Positions 12,698-26,567 of a stretch of 64,000 nt of DNA are shown here, piece by piece (positions within the stretch are counted from its first letter, which is position 1; every line of letters starts with the position of its first letter). Made by a program: the position numbers and the translations under genes. Source of the DNA: Octopus sinensis (lineage: Eukaryota); NCBI RefSeq assembly GCF_006345805.1, contig NC_043001.1, positions 121,458,001 to 121,522,000 on the forward strand, read 5' to 3'. A model generated the notes under the pieces. The model made no database searches. It was given only the letters and a program-made list of their open reading frames with translations, and had not been told where the DNA came from.

Positions 12698-14672
12698 CTG
12701 AAATAATTCAAAGACAAGATGAGCTATTTAAATATACATACATATATACATCATCATCGTTTAACATCTGTTTTCTATGCTGGCATGGGTGGGATGGTTT
12801 GACAGGGGCTGGCTAGGCAGAAGACGGCATGAGATTTCACTATCGGTTTTCTCGTGATTTTTAAAGCTAGATGCCCTTCCCAACACCAACTACCTTGCAG
12901 GGTATATATATCGACATTTAGGCCAATAACAAACAACCTAGCTTCAGAATTTTCCCCCTCTATCAGTTCAGGGATGATGCAACAGGTAGTCAGTGCATTT
13001 GCAAAGAGTCATTCTTTATCACAAAATATAAACCTCTTTTATATGCACCCACCACAAATGACACTATTACAAGGGCCTTAGAATGCAAATATTAAAAATG
13101 ATATATTTAACACAGTCACTTCACATGAATTTATTCAGAACAATTCCAACCACTACTATTACAACCACAACAGGTCACTTTTAGGTCACTTGACCATTTA
13201 AGAGGATTCTACCAACAGCCTGCAACAGCCATACCACTCCCACATTTTTATTATTCTTTCTCTTCTTTGTCATCTCTTTTCTCTACTACTATTGCTGCTT
13301 AAACAATCAAAGACAAGAATTCATATCAAACTACTACTAGCTGCTGCCAACTACCTGGAACTCACAAGAGTAAAAAAGGGAGACAGAGACAGACAGAAAA
13401 AAGGAAAATGTCTCTTGCATTTGAAAACTATAGAAATGTTTAAAAAACATTTCATTTAAGTTTTCCCCAATTTAATTGTTTTTCATGCTTTACTCTAAGT
13501 CATCATCGCTTGACAACCAATGTTGGTACATTTACGTTCCTGTAACTTAGTGGTTTGGCAAAAGAGACTAACAGAATACTAGGCTTAGAAAGACAGGCTC
13601 CTGTGCCAGAGACACGTAAAAAGCACCATCCAAACATGGTCGATGCTAGTGCCCCCTGACTGGCACTCATGCCAGTGACCCATAAAAAGCACCCACTACA
13701 CTCTCGTAGTGGTTGACATTAGGGAGGGCATCAAGCTGTAGAAACTTTGCCAGATCAGATTGGAGCCTAGTGCAGCCTCCTGGCTTGCCAGTCCTCAATC
13801 GAACCATCTGACCCTTGCTAGCATGGAAAGCAGGCGTTAAACAATGATGATGACATTACCAAAATCTCACAGCTATGAAAAAAATGCATGATAGATTCAA
13901 AACAATGTGAATAAATATGCATTGAATTTAACAGAATAATATGAATTCTAAAAGATTAATGACTCTGGCAATTCAACCACCCCATCCCCACTCCTAATTA
14001 AATAGTTATGGTCAACAGGCACAGGAGTGGCTATGTGGTAAGAAGCTTGCTAACCAACCACATGGTTCCTGGTTCAGTCCGACTGCATGGCACCTTGGGC
14101 AAGTGTCTTCTTATTTCTTTACTGCCCACAAGGGGCTACATACAGAGAGGACAAACAAGGACAGACAAACGGATTAAGTCGATTATATTGACCCCAATGC
14201 ATAACTGGTACTTATCTAATCGACCCTGAAAGGATGAAAAGCAAAGTTGGCCTCGGCGGAATTTGAACTCAGAACGTAGCGGCAGACAAAATACCGCTAA
14301 GCATTTTACCCAGCGTGCTTACATTTCTGCCAGCTCGCCGCCTTGGGCAAGTGTCTCCTACTATAGCATCAGGTTGACCAAAGCCGTGTGAGTGGATCTG
14401 GTAGACGGAAACTGAAAGAAGCCCGTCGTATATATATGTCTATGTATATGCTTGTATGTCTGTTTGTCCCCCTATCATCGCTTGACAACTGATGTTGGTG
14501 TGTTTACATCCCCATAACTTAGCAGTTCAGCAAAAGAGACCTATAGAATAAGTACTAGGATTACAAAGCATAAGTCCTGGGATCAACTTGTTCAACTAAA
14601 GGTGGTGCTCCAGCATGGCCACAGTCAAATGACTGAAACATATAAAAGAAAAAAACTCATTGAACAACTCAC

Positions 14673-14794
14673 CTGAATAGGGGTCTGTTACTCTTGTACC
14701 CATGAATACAGCTTTTACCTGTGGATTCTGGACTTTTAATTCTGCTAAAGATTCCTTGATTTTACCATTTAATGTAATCATTTTTAAGTTGTAA
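14673..14794 (-). CDS. FLAD1: FAD synthase exon 11 (YNLKMITLNGKIKESLAELKVQNPQVKAVFMGTRVTDPYS)
   Basis: MGTR.TDPYS motif; tttcag and GTGAGT; phase 2 to 1. Confidence 0.95.
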
Positions 14795-15121
14795 CTGAAA
14801 GAGATAAAGAGCAAGGCATGAAATTCCATACAAAATTGTCCACAAGATTTTATAAAAGGACTTCAATAAAAGAAATAAGCTAAAAGCAACAAAAAGAAAA
14901 ACATTATCTAATTACAAATTAACGAGGGAGACTCTTATTACCAGGCCAGAGAATTGCGCACAGACCTCGTAATCATAGCCTAACCATACCATCATCATCA
15001 TCACTATCCTCACCACCACCGCTGCTACCATCACACCTGCCTCCCACACCCACTGCTATCATAACCACCACCTTGGGGGTGGATTTGGTAGATGGAAACT
15101 GAAAGAAGTCCATCGTATGTA

Positions 15122-15163
<42 letters not shown>

Positions 15164-15423
15164 GGGCAAGTGTCTTCTACTATAGCCTCGGGTCGACCAA
15201 AGCCTTGTGAGTGGATTTGGTAGACGGAAACTGAAAGAAACCCATCAAATATATGTATATATGTGTATGTGTGTGTGTGTGTGTGTTTGTGTCTGTTCCC
15301 CTAACATCGCTTGACAACCGATGCTGGTGTGTTTACGTCTCCGTCACTTAGCGGTTCGGCAAAAGAGAACGATAGAATATGTACTAGGACGTTAAACAAT
15401 GATGATGATGATGATGATGATGA

Positions 15424-15833
15424 TATACAAGCAAAACGTCGCCCTCCCCTGTCCAATGGACAGTGATGAATTAAAGCAAATTTTCTCAAAACAACTTGTC
15501 CGACCGTCCCATAGACCTCTCCTTGGAGAAACACTGATTTAACTTAAATTTGAGACACTAAACATGCCGGCTTTTTTTGTGCAAACTGCACGTGCATTTT
15601 TCTGGCATACGCATAGTATTGATCACAAAAGCTGATGTATTTGCACGTACAAATGCATGTTCCCACGGCTTTATCGATCGCATTCTCACCTGGAATCGAT
15701 CTTTGTAATTTTTTCAAGACTTTTACATGCCCTGATACCATCGGTATCTACATATTAAATTTGAGCGCAATCAGATGGAGGATGCCCGAGATCCTAGAAG
15801 ACATACAGACAGAACGGATCTCATATAATAGAT
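15424..15833 (+). mobile_element. Helentron-associated (HINE/Lep1-like) non-autonomous element
   Basis: 3' end aaatttgagcgcaatcagatgg...gacatacagacag...atataatagat resembles DINE-1/Lep1 termini. Confidence 0.45.
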
Positions 15834-15844
15834 ATATATATATA

Positions 15845-16058
15845 TAGTTAAAGTTAATCCAAACAAGAAAGCACAAAAAAACACAACACGAGGACGTGGA
15901 ACAAATATAGCATTATTGGACGCTCAGGAAAGAAGGAAAGAAGGAGGGTTTAACGTTTCGAGCGGAGCTCTTCGTTGGAAACATAGGAGAAGGAAAGATC
16001 CAGAGAAGGGAAGACAGAAGAAAAAAAATCGCCAACAGTACACACGCGATCACATTTT
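15845..16058 (-). mobile_element. Short Penelope-associated repeat with degenerate minimal hammerhead motif (15948-15982)
   Basis: Second copy at 33802-34015; the core here reads CCAACGA (G5 mutated). Confidence 0.55.
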
Positions 16059-16669
16059 ATATATATGTTACTGCATGGTATCTTAGGAAAATGTTTTTTT
16101 ACTATAGACCCATGAGAAAATTTGATAAATGAAAACTGGTTGACATTGGGAATGGCATCCAGTCGTAGAAACCATGTGAAATCAGACTGGACCTGGTACA
16201 GATCTCTGGTTTAACAGTTCCAGTCTAACAATCTAACCCATGCAAGCATGGCAAGCAGACACTAAAAGATGGTGATGATGATGATGATATATATAGGCAT
16301 GGCTGTGAGGTAAGTAGCATGCTTCCTAACCACATGTTTCCAGGTTCAATCCCACTGCATGGCACCTTTGGCAAGTGTCTTCTATAATAGCTTCGGGCCG
16401 ACCAAAGCCTTGTGAGTGGATTTGGTAGATGGAAACTGAAAGAAGCCTGTCGTATGTTTGTGTGTCTGTCTGTGTTTGTTTCCCCCGCCTTCGCTCGACA
16501 ACAGATGTCGATTTGTTTAACTAAAACCCTTCATGGCGGTGCTCCAGCATGGCCGCATATATAGCTGTGCTGTGTTGGGACCGGCATGTCAAAAAATCAA
16601 CCCAACGTTTCCTTTGCGTGTTGGTTGGTTTCCGACGTCGTAACTTAGCGATTCGTCAAACTAGGGTGA

Positions 16670-16890
16670 TGGTAAGGTGGCAAACTAGCAGAAACGTTAG
16701 CGTGCCGGTCGAAATGCTTAGCGGTATTTCATCTGCCGCTATGTTCTGAGTTCAAATTTACCTTTCATCCTTTCGGGGTCGGTGAATTAAGTACCAGTTA
16801 CGCACTGGGGTCGATGTAATCGACTTAATACCTATGTCTGTCCTTGTTTGTCCCCTCTATGTTTAGCCCCTTGTGGGTAATAAAGAAATA
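16670..16890 (+). mobile_element. Family B SINE (tRNA head plus Meta-domain-like core)
   Basis: gagttcaaatt B box then cctttcatcctttcggggtcg..aattaagtaccag; other copies near 8590, 14115, 19900, 24161 and 58420. Confidence 0.75.
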
Positions 16891-17066
16891 GGTATAAACA
16901 TCAGGCTTAAAAAATAAGTCCTGGGCTCGACTTTTTCGACCAAGCCCTTCAAGGCGGTGCCCCAGCATGGCCGCAGTCCAAATGCTTAAAACAATTAAAA
17001 GCTAAAAGATAAAAGGAAATAAACATTTAACTTGGAAATACTTTTTATTTTTGTTTTTTATTTGTG

Positions 17067-17469
17067 ACTAGCAGTATCGCCCGGCGTTGCTAGGGTTTGT
17101 AAGGGAAATAACTATATAAGCATTTTTAGAGAGTTATAGCCAAAAAATAGCAAAAAAATGCATTAAAAATGGAAAAAAAATTATGGTAATTTTTTTTTTA
17201 AATCGTTGACTCATCGTAGACATTTTTAGAGAGTTACTTCCCTTATATAATAGCGAAAAAAATGCATTAAAAATGGAAAAAAAATTATGGTAAATTTTTT
17301 TTTAAATCGTAGACTCATCGTAGACGCGCGCTAATACCCAGAAGGGCTCGATATGAATCACTACTGTAAGATACCCGGTTTTGGTTAAACTGCACCGCAA
17401 AATGTGGGAGTAGTTAGGAATCTAAATCGTAGGAGACAGACACACAACTTGACTTTTATATATAAAGAT
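17067..17469 (+). mobile_element. HINE/Lep1-like Helentron-derived element with internal ~105-bp tandem repeat
   Basis: Starts actagcagtatcgcccggcgttgctaggg, ends gacagacacac..ttttatatataaagat; two internal units. Confidence 0.65.
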
Positions 17470-20400
17470 TTTCGTGGGAAATGTGCCAATCCAGTTTTGC
17501 ATTTTCATACGAATTACACCAGATATTTTTGCCTAATCTTCCATACTCCAACGAAATCAACAATTTCGAGAGAGCGACTGCCAAACAGTATTTGACTGAA
17601 GACACAGACTTGAATAGTTTTAATGCAAAATAAAGAATTAAAACGAAGCCTCAGAAAATCAAGTGTTGAATATGTAATCGCCATTAAAGGGAGTGTACTC
17701 TGTTCATAGAGTTATTTCCCTTTGACCACTTTGTAATGATATTGAATGGCGTGTAGTTTTCTGAGGACAAAAATTTATTTCAACTGGTTTCCGCGTTTGG
17801 ATATTGAGGATTTGTGTTTCTTTTATTTGTTTTAAACATTATAGGTTCAATCGAGTGTTGCGTCTCTTCAGCATAAAAGCTATAATTTTTTTGTATTTCA
17901 ATCAAGCAAAAAAAGAGTGTTTTGCCATAGTAAAGGAAACGGAAAAATAATGAAATTAAAGTTCTTCTACGATTTTTGTAATTCTACAAATTGATTACAA
18001 AAAAAAAAAAAACAGGAGACAAGGAATGAAGAAAATCGTTAATTTCTAAAATATTCATTATCCTCCATCATGTTTTTTTGTAATTCTTGAAACCTGTGTG
18101 TGGAAGGGCTTCCAAACTTTTCTTAAAATTTCAATTACTCTCTTTTATTTATTTCAGCTATTTGACTGCGGCCATGCTGGAGCACCGCCTTTAGTCGAGC
18201 AAATCGACCCCAGGACTTATTCTTTGTAAGCCTAGTACTTATTCTATCAGTCTCTTTTGCCGAACCGCTAGATTACAGGGTCATAAACACACCAGCATTG
18301 GTTGTCAAACGATGTTGGAAGGACAAACACAGACACACACAAATACATACACACATATATATATATGCATATATACGACGGGCTTCTTTCAGTTTCCGTC
18401 TACCAAATCCACTCACAGGGCTTTGGTCGGCCCGAGGCTATAGTAGAAGACACTTGCCCAAGTTGCCACGCAGTAGAACTGAACCCGGAACCATGTGGTT
18501 GGTAAGCAAACTTCTTACCACACAGCCACTCCTGAATTGGTAAACATAAACTAAAAGAAACCTCAGTGTGTGTGTGTGTGTGTGTGTGTGCGTGTGTGTG
18601 TGAGTGCGTGTGTGTGTGTGTGTGAGTGCGTGTGTATGTGTGAGTGTGTGTGTGTGTGTGTGCATGCATGTGTGATATGTGTGCATGTTAGTGTCTTCTT
18701 GTTGCGACATTGTGAAATACTGTAGATTAGTGAAGCACAGCCATGGAGAAATATTCACCAAGCTTGGAAACTGGTGAAGGTTGAAAGACGTCAGGCCATA
18801 AAAAATCTGCCTCAATGAGTTCCACCCAAAGACCCGTGCATTAAAATACAGACATTAAAACAATGATGATTGTGGTCATGGTCATGAGGAAATATGTTTC
18901 GCTTTTTTTTCTGGCCAATTTGTAAAATTACGAAAATATTGAAATAAAACACAAGATCCAAAGTCAGATCCAATGTAATTAATTAACAAGCGCATCGTTG
19001 TCTAATAGTGCTAGCTTAAAATCTGTCCAAAAATTCGGCCACAAAAAGATGAGTTATCTAAATGCCACATGTCCAATAAAGACAAAAGGTATCGTTACCT
19101 TTTGACCGACAGATTTAAAAAATAATTTTTTGTAACTAAACACTTTCAAACTTAGTATACTTTACTCTTGGCGTTATTGAGAAAATTCTGTATTTTGAAA
19201 GTGATTTTTTGTTAAAGTTGTCGTATTTCGGTAATTTCAACCAATCAATGACGTGTATTCAGCTGAATAAAATTACTGCTGTTGTTTGTCAACAACAACT
19301 TCCGGCGGTGTATTTTTCGTTTGTCACTGTTATTTATGACTTATTTCATCTCAGTTATGTTTGTATGAATAAACGAGTGAATCTGAAGCATGTTTACTTC
19401 ATGGCACCACCACAATCGTGCTTCATTTTTCATTTTTTTCTGTAACTCTAACCCTAACCCTAAAACATTAACCCTAACCCTAAAACCAGTACAAACGCAC
19501 GATGTCATAAATAACAGTGACAAGCGAATGACAACGATGATGATGATGATGAATAAGATCAGACACAAATACCACTCCCCATTTGTTGCATTTTCATGTT
19601 CTCTTTGCGATGAATATTGTTCTCTTCTGACTCCATGAGTTGCTAAGGCTGATTCTCTTAGCTATCTCCTCTTCCAAGGTACTCCCAAACAGTGAAGGCT
19701 TATGCTCAGAATTGTCCTTCTCTTACCACAACCATCATCATCATCATTTCAATGCCTACATTTCCATGCTCGCATGGATCAGATAGAATTCCTTGAGGCA
19801 GATTTTCTATAGCCAGATGCCCTTCCTGTCACCAACCCATACTTGTTTCCAAGCAAAGTAATATTTCTCCATGGCCAATTGTTTTTCACAGAAGATTTAA
19901 GGTGGCAGGCTGGCAGAAATGTTAGCATGCCAGGCAAAATGCTTAGTGGTATTTCATCTGCAGTTATGTTCTGAGTTCAAATTCCTTTCATCCTTTTGGG
20001 ATCGATAAATTAAGTACCAGTTACGCACTGGGGTCGATATAATCGACTTAATCCATTTGTCTGTCCTTGTTTGTCCCCTCTATATTTAGCCCCTTGTGGG
20101 CAATAAAGAAATAAGAAACGTTAGCACGCTGGGTGAAATGCTTAGCGGTATTTCATCTGCTGTTATGTTCTGAGTACAAATTCCGCCGAGGTCGACTTTA
20201 TCTTTCATCCTTTCGGGGTCGATAAATTAAGTACCAGTTACAGACTGCAGTCAATGTAATCGACTTAATCCCTTTTTCTGTCCTTCTTTGTCCCCTCTGT
20301 GTTTAGCCCCTTGTGGGCAATAAAGAAATAAGAAGATTGGCAATGTGTAACGGGTGCGTTTTTTTCATGGCATCAGCATTTGTGAGGTAACCAAGTAACT

Positions 20401-20790
20401 CACAAGAGAAAAACTTCTTGATGAGAGAAGCGGCTCTTTGCATCAGGTGTTGAGAAGCAAAAGTACCAACCACCCTACAGAGTATACTGGGTGCTTTTTT
20501 TTCATGGTAGCAGCATGAGTGAGGTCACCGGGTATCCTCACAAGACAAAGACCTCTCAATAAGGACAGTGGCACTTTGTGTCAATGTTGAGAAGTTAAGA
20601 TATAGCAGAGAGAAACGAACAGATATCTTGCTGCGGAGGAGATACCTCAGCTGGAAACTGAGAAAGATGATAATGATGAAGCATCAGGGTATATCCTCAA
20701 GATAGAAGAAGATGAATATAAGAGGGAGCAGAGTCAAAGGACTGATGTGACTAAAATGCCTCAACCGAAAGCCTCGTTAAGATAACTTAC

Positions 20791-20889
20791 CTGTTTTTAC
20801 TGACTTGAATAAAACTCTCCACTTCAGGGAATGACATCTTACTTCTGATAAAGAGGGCCTGCAGTTGATCATGTCCATCTGGATATTTC
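20791..20889 (-). CDS. FLAD1: FAD synthase exon 10 (KYPDGHDQLQALFIRSKMSFPEVESFIQVSKN)
   Basis: LQ.L.IRS..FPE.E.F matches FLAD1; cccag and GTAAGT; phase 2 to 2. Confidence 0.93.
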
Positions 20890-20947
20890 CTGGGATCAGA
20901 ATTTCAAACAGATAATTAGTCAAGATGCCTTATGCTTGTTTATCTCA

Positions 20948-20984
<37 letters not shown>

Positions 20985-21109
20985 TTGTGCATGTGTGTGT
21001 GTGTGTGTATGTGTCTCGCCACTTGTCTCGACACAGTGTGATTGTTGTAAATGAGTGTCAATGTCATACAGTAACGATGGTTTAGAGAACATGTGGCCAA
21101 GATACTCAC

Positions 21110-21190
21110 TTTTGAACAACTGCATAGACTAGATGCAACAAGGCAGTACAGTCCTTGCCACCATTGAAGCCCACGGCAATTTCGGGTATC
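21110..21190 (-). CDS. FLAD1: FAD synthase exon 9 (IPEIAVGFNGGKDCTALLHLVYAVVQ)
   Basis: PP-loop FNGGKDC; gacag and GTGAGT; phase 2 to 2. Confidence 0.96.
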
Positions 21191-22539
21191 CTGTCAATGA
21201 AAGAATTTAAAGCAACATGTATATTAGTAATAATCCTTTCTTTTACAGGCACAAAGCCTAGGATTTTGTCAAGGGAAAGGGCTAGTCAATTACATTGACC
21301 CAAGTGGTCAACTGGTGTTTATTTCATCGACCTTGAAAGGATAAAAGGCAAGGCCGACCTCAGCAGAATTTGAACTCAGAACATAACGAAATACTGCTAC
21401 ACATTTTGTATGGCATGTTAACAATTCTGCCAGCTTGCCACCTTGTGTATTAGTAAGCATCATCATCACTATCATCAACGTGACCACCACCAGTGCTACT
21501 GCTGCCACCACTGCCACCGCCACCATCATCATTGTTTAGCATCCGTTTTCTGTGCTGGCATGGATTAGACGGTTCAACTGGAACTGGTAAGATGGAGAGC
21601 TGCTACAGGCTCCAGTGTCTGTTTTGGCTTGGTTTCTATGACTGGATGCTCTTCCTGATGCCAACTACTCCACAGACTGTGCCGAGTGCCTTTTACATGT
21701 CACCAGATGCCTTCAATGAGCCACCGGCACTGGTGCCCGTTACAGGTCACTGGCCTTTGACATGTCACACTGGTGCCTGTTACTTGTCACTGGCATGGCT
21801 GCCTGTTACGTGTCACCATCACTGACCACAAATACGATTTCATTTGGCTTGAGGTGTCTTCTCAATCACAGCAAATTGCCAACAGTTTCAGTCATTTGTC
21901 ATCACCTCCAGCACAAGGCCACCAGTTTTCAGAAGAGGAGAATTAAATCGATTACATCAACCCCAGTATTCAACTGGTACTTATTTTATCAGCCCTGAAG
22001 GGATAAAGGGCCAAACTGACCTAGGTGGAATTTGAACTCAGACCATGAAGGCCGATGAAATGCCACTAAGCATTTTGTCTGGTGTGCTAACAATTCTGCC
22101 AGCTCACTGCCTTGTGTATTAATAACAATTTCAAATTTGGGCACAATGTCAACAATTTCGGAGGGGAGGGGTAAGTCGATTACATTGACCCCAGTGATTC
22201 ACTTGAGCCCGAAAGGATGAAAGGCAAAGTCGACCTCGGTGGAGTTTGAACCCAGAACGTAAAGGCAGACGAAATTCCACGGAGCATTTGTTCTACCAGC
22301 TCACCACCTTACCTTGTGTATTAATAATCCTTGTGTATTAATAACTCACACCTAAATAATACTCACCCTGCCCTAATTACCCAACGAAACTAACCAATCT
22401 ACCACAAGCAAACCTCTACCCAGCAAATTTGCCAGTGCAAGAACAAAATTTAATGTAAGAATTACCACTTTTGTTTACATTACCATCACATATGTATCAA
22501 TTATTTTCGCATCCTAACCGATGTATCTATTTATATTCA

Positions 22540-22588
22540 CATTCTGAAGAGATTTACTTAAAACAGTAAATTGAAACGATCGTAAATG
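22540..22588 (+). ncRNA. Minimal type I hammerhead ribozyme (Penelope-type)
   Basis: CATT-CTGAAGA-GATTTACT(TAAAAC)AGTAAATT-GAAAC-GATC-GTA-AATG: stem I of 4 bp, stem II of 8 bp, palindromic loop III, GUA triplet. Confidence 0.75.
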
Positions 22589-24645
22589 CTACCTTCATCT
22601 TTGCTTCTTCCTTCTTTGCTATCTAATTAATTAAAGACATACCAGCAAAAACCACAAGCTTCCCAATGTTATTATATCCATTTTCTTCTCCTATGTAACC
22701 TAAACTTCGGTTTACCAACCAAACCACCTGCTACTGTACAACCTTACAAAAGACTGTACCTACCCAGGTAATAACCAGGAGCGACTCTGGATTTAATTAT
22801 ACCTTAGAGGTATTAAACACCTCTAACTGATACCTACACCATATATATATATATATATATATGAATGGAAATCGATCAATGGAAATTGCAGATGTGTTAC
22901 CAGTGCCGGTGGCATGTCGAAACTCTACTTGTGAAGACCCGTTGAGGCAAGTGAGGATCAGTATGGAAATCGATCAATGGAAATTGCAGATGTGTTACCA
23001 GTGCCGGTGGCATGTAAGAGAACCTTCCGTTTCGCGACCGTTGCCAGCACCGCCCCGTTTCGTGTCCGTTGCCAGCCTCGCCTGGCCCTTGTGCTGGTGG
23101 CACATAGAAAGCACCATCCGTTCGTGGCCGTTTGCCAGCTCTGTCTGGCACCTGTGCGGGTGGCACGTAAAAAGCATCCACTACACTCACGGAGTGGTTG
23201 GCGTTAGGAAGGGCATCCAGCCGTAGAAACACTGCCAGATTTGACTGGGCCTGATGAAGCCTTCTGGCTTCACAGACCCCAGTAGAACCGTCCAACCCAT
23301 GCTAGCATGGAAAACGGACGCTAAACGACGATGATGATGATGATACACTCTTGGAGTGATTGGCGTTAGGAAAGGCATCCATCTGTAGAAACTCTGCCAG
23401 ATCAGATTGGAGTCTGGTGCAGCCATGTAGTTCGCCAGACTTCAGTCAACTCGTCCAACACATGTCAGCATGGAAAGCGGACATTAAACGATGATGACGA
23501 TGATGATATATATATATATATTATATATATATATACACACACACATATATATAATTGTGATCATGTGTGTATGTGTGTGTGTAGGTGTTATTGTCGCCTG
23601 GAATTGACATCGTGTGGTCGTTGTAAGCAAGTGCCACCATCACACAAAAAGTGTCCTTCGTTTCCTATATTCTACAACATGGGAAACATTACTTTCTATG
23701 GAAACAAGTGAAGGCTGGCAACAGGAAGGGCATCCATCCATTGAAAATGTGCTCAAACAAATTCCATCCAACCCATGCCAGCATGGAAAAGTGGACGGTA
23801 AAACAATGATGATAATGATGACAATGATAATAATGAAGACTAGAGATATATAACGTAAGCAATTTAATATAAAATATCCAAGTCATAATTAAGGAGTGGT
23901 ATTAAACTTGAGTGCAAATAAGGAGAGATAAGAGATCAAGATATGTGTATACTATTACAGATGTTCAGGTATAAAAAGTGTGTCATATGATATGTTTAGA
24001 TTACGTAGTCCCAGATAACCCTGAAATACAAGGACAGAGATGAATGGAATACTGGTGATCATATGTCAGTTTGATCAAGGCTGACTAACATACGTCATCA
24101 TCATCATCGTTTAACGTCCGCTTTCCATGCTAGTATGGGTTGGACGATTTGACTGAGGACAAAGGCGGTGAGCTGGCAGAAACGTTAGCACACCGGGCGA
24201 AATGCATTGTGGTACTTCGTCTGCCACTGCGTTCTGAGTTCAAATTCTGCCGAGGTCGACTTTGCCTTTCATCCTTTCGGGGTCGATAAATTAAGTACCA
24301 GTTACGCACTTGTGTCGATGTAATCGACTTAATCCCTTTGTCTGTCCTTGTTTGTCCTCTCTGTGGGTAGTAAAGAAATAGATTTGACTGAGGACTGGCC
24401 AGACCCGCCTCACTGGCTCCTGTGCCAGTGGCACGTAAAAAGCACCCACTACACACTCGGAGTGGTTTGCGTTAGGAAGAGCATCCAGCTGTAGAAACTC
24501 TGCGAGATCAGATTGGAGCCTGGTGCAGCCGCTGGCTCTCCAGTCTTCAGTCAAACCGTCAAACCCATGCCAGCATGGAAAATGGACGTTAATCGATGAT
24601 GATGATGATTGTACTGGATTACATGAAATAGCTCAAATAACTCAC

Positions 24646-24790
24646 GTGTATTGTTCAAGACATAATTCTATAGTGGTGACGGCCTCTCTGATTCTTTGGT
24701 GAAATTCTGAGGATTCTTCTGAGTTCACAATGGCATAGAGATTGTTCATAGCGTGCATTATAGGATCCTTTTCATAAAGAACGATGCTAG
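24646..24790 (-). CDS. FLAD1: FAD synthase exon 8 (SIVLYEKDPIMHAMNNLYAIVNSEESSEFHQRIREAVTTIELCLEQY)
   Basis: Aligns by eye to the FLAD1 linker/FADS start; ttgtag and GTGAG; phase 1 to 2. Confidence 0.92.
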
Positions 24791-25424
24791 CTACAAAGAG
24801 AAAAATTATATAAAAATAAGGAATAATAAAGAAAACAGGTGTAACATTAAATGATGGTTGGTAGTTTATTTTCCAGCATACAAGTCGACATAGTATATAG
24901 TGTAAACACAGCACTGGCTTTGGTTGGCCCAAGGCTATAGTAGAAGACACTTGCCCAAGATGCCACACAGTGGGACTGAACCCAGGACCATGTGGTTGGT
25001 AAGCAAGCTACTTACCACATAGCCACTCCTGCACCTATCTATACACAATAGTTAGCAAAATAAGCATGTGCTTAGAGCATCAAGGGAAGGAGGAGGGCAC
25101 CACAGAAATGGTAAATGGTCTACGGCACAAAATAAATCATTTTAAACTTGCTAAAATAATATTCAGGATGCCTTTATCTCTACTAAGTACAGATGCAGAT
25201 GTGTTACCTGAGATTTATTTTGAGGATCTGATCAAAGACTCTGCAATTCAAAAAAGTAGGAGGAAACTTTTTAAATATAAATAAAATGGAAGTAGGCAAA
25301 AATAAACATTATTTTCCCCTCTTACTGTTTTGTCTCGCTTTGAAAAATAAAAATTTATTTTATGGTTTGTTATTCTTTATATTTTGAATTACATAACATT
25401 TTATGGGGGGGCACCAAAATTATA

Positions 25425-25860
25425 CAATTATAAAAGGTTGTTCAAGACACTGACCTCCTGGAAACTGTTCAGAGACATGCAGCCAAGCAAATACCTACCA
25501 TACTCTGAACACCTTGCTTCCTCGGGCATAGATACAATGAAGCTTTGATGTCTGGCAACTGACTTGGTAAATACCCACAAAATTATTAACCTTTTTGAGC
25601 TCCATGTGTCTAACACATGTGGGCATGTCTACAAAGTCAGAAAACAACACAGCTCCCATGACTTTCAGAAACATTTTTTTCACACTCAGAGTTGCTGAAG
25701 CATGGAACAAACTACCTGCATCAGTTGTTAGTTGCTGAGACATTGCATCCTTTAAAACCTCCATGCTTCCTGAAATTCACCAAAATTACACCTGTTATCT
25801 TCCCCTCCATACACATGTACACATGTATATCATGACTCATACACTGTTCACTTTCCAGAC
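25425..25860 (+). mobile_element. CR1-type LINE 3' fragment
   Basis: LLETVQR..., GHVYKVRKQH...HFFTLRVAEAWNKLPASVV...SFK resembles the CR1 ORF2 C-terminus. Confidence 0.75.
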
Positions 25861-26536
25861 TTTTGTACATAATTCTATGAGCTATATTTGCACCTTTGGT
25901 GAGTTATAGTGCACCTGAGCACTCTTTTACTCTTTTTACTCTTTCATTTATTTCAGTCATTTGACTGTGGCCATGCTGGAGCACCACCTTTAGTCAAACA
26001 AATCAATTCCAGGACTTGTTCTTTGTCAGCATCATACTTATTCTTTCAGACACTTTTGCAAACCGTGAAGTTACAGGGATGTAAACAAACTAGCATCGAT
26101 TGTCAAGTGATGTTGGAGGGGGGGGGCAAACACGGACACACAAACATACACACACACATCTAGATATATATACATCGGGTTTCTTTCACAAGGTTTCGAT
26201 CGTCCCGAGGCTATAGTAGAAGACACTTCCCCAAGGTGCCACCAGTGGAACTGAACCTGGTACCATGTGGTTAGTAAACAAGTTACTTAACACACAGCCA
26301 CTCCCGCACCTATCTATTACTCTTTACTCTTTTACTTGTATCAGTCATTTGACTGCGGCCATGCTGGAGCACTGCCTTTATAGTCAAGCAAATCAACCTC
26401 AGAGCTTATTCTTTGTAAGCCCAGTACTTATTCTATCAGTCTCTTTTGCCGAACAGCTAAGTTACGGGGACATAAACACACCAGCATCGGTTGTCAAGCG
26501 ATGTTGGGGGGAACAAACACAGATACACAAATATAT

Positions 26537-26567
<31 letters not shown>

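Noticed and set aside
18302-18505. Recurring 60-150 aa ORFs such as YDGLLSVSVYQIHSQGFGRPEAIVEDTCP... across the window
   Set aside because: Chance translations of the family A SINE; frames and stops vary between copies
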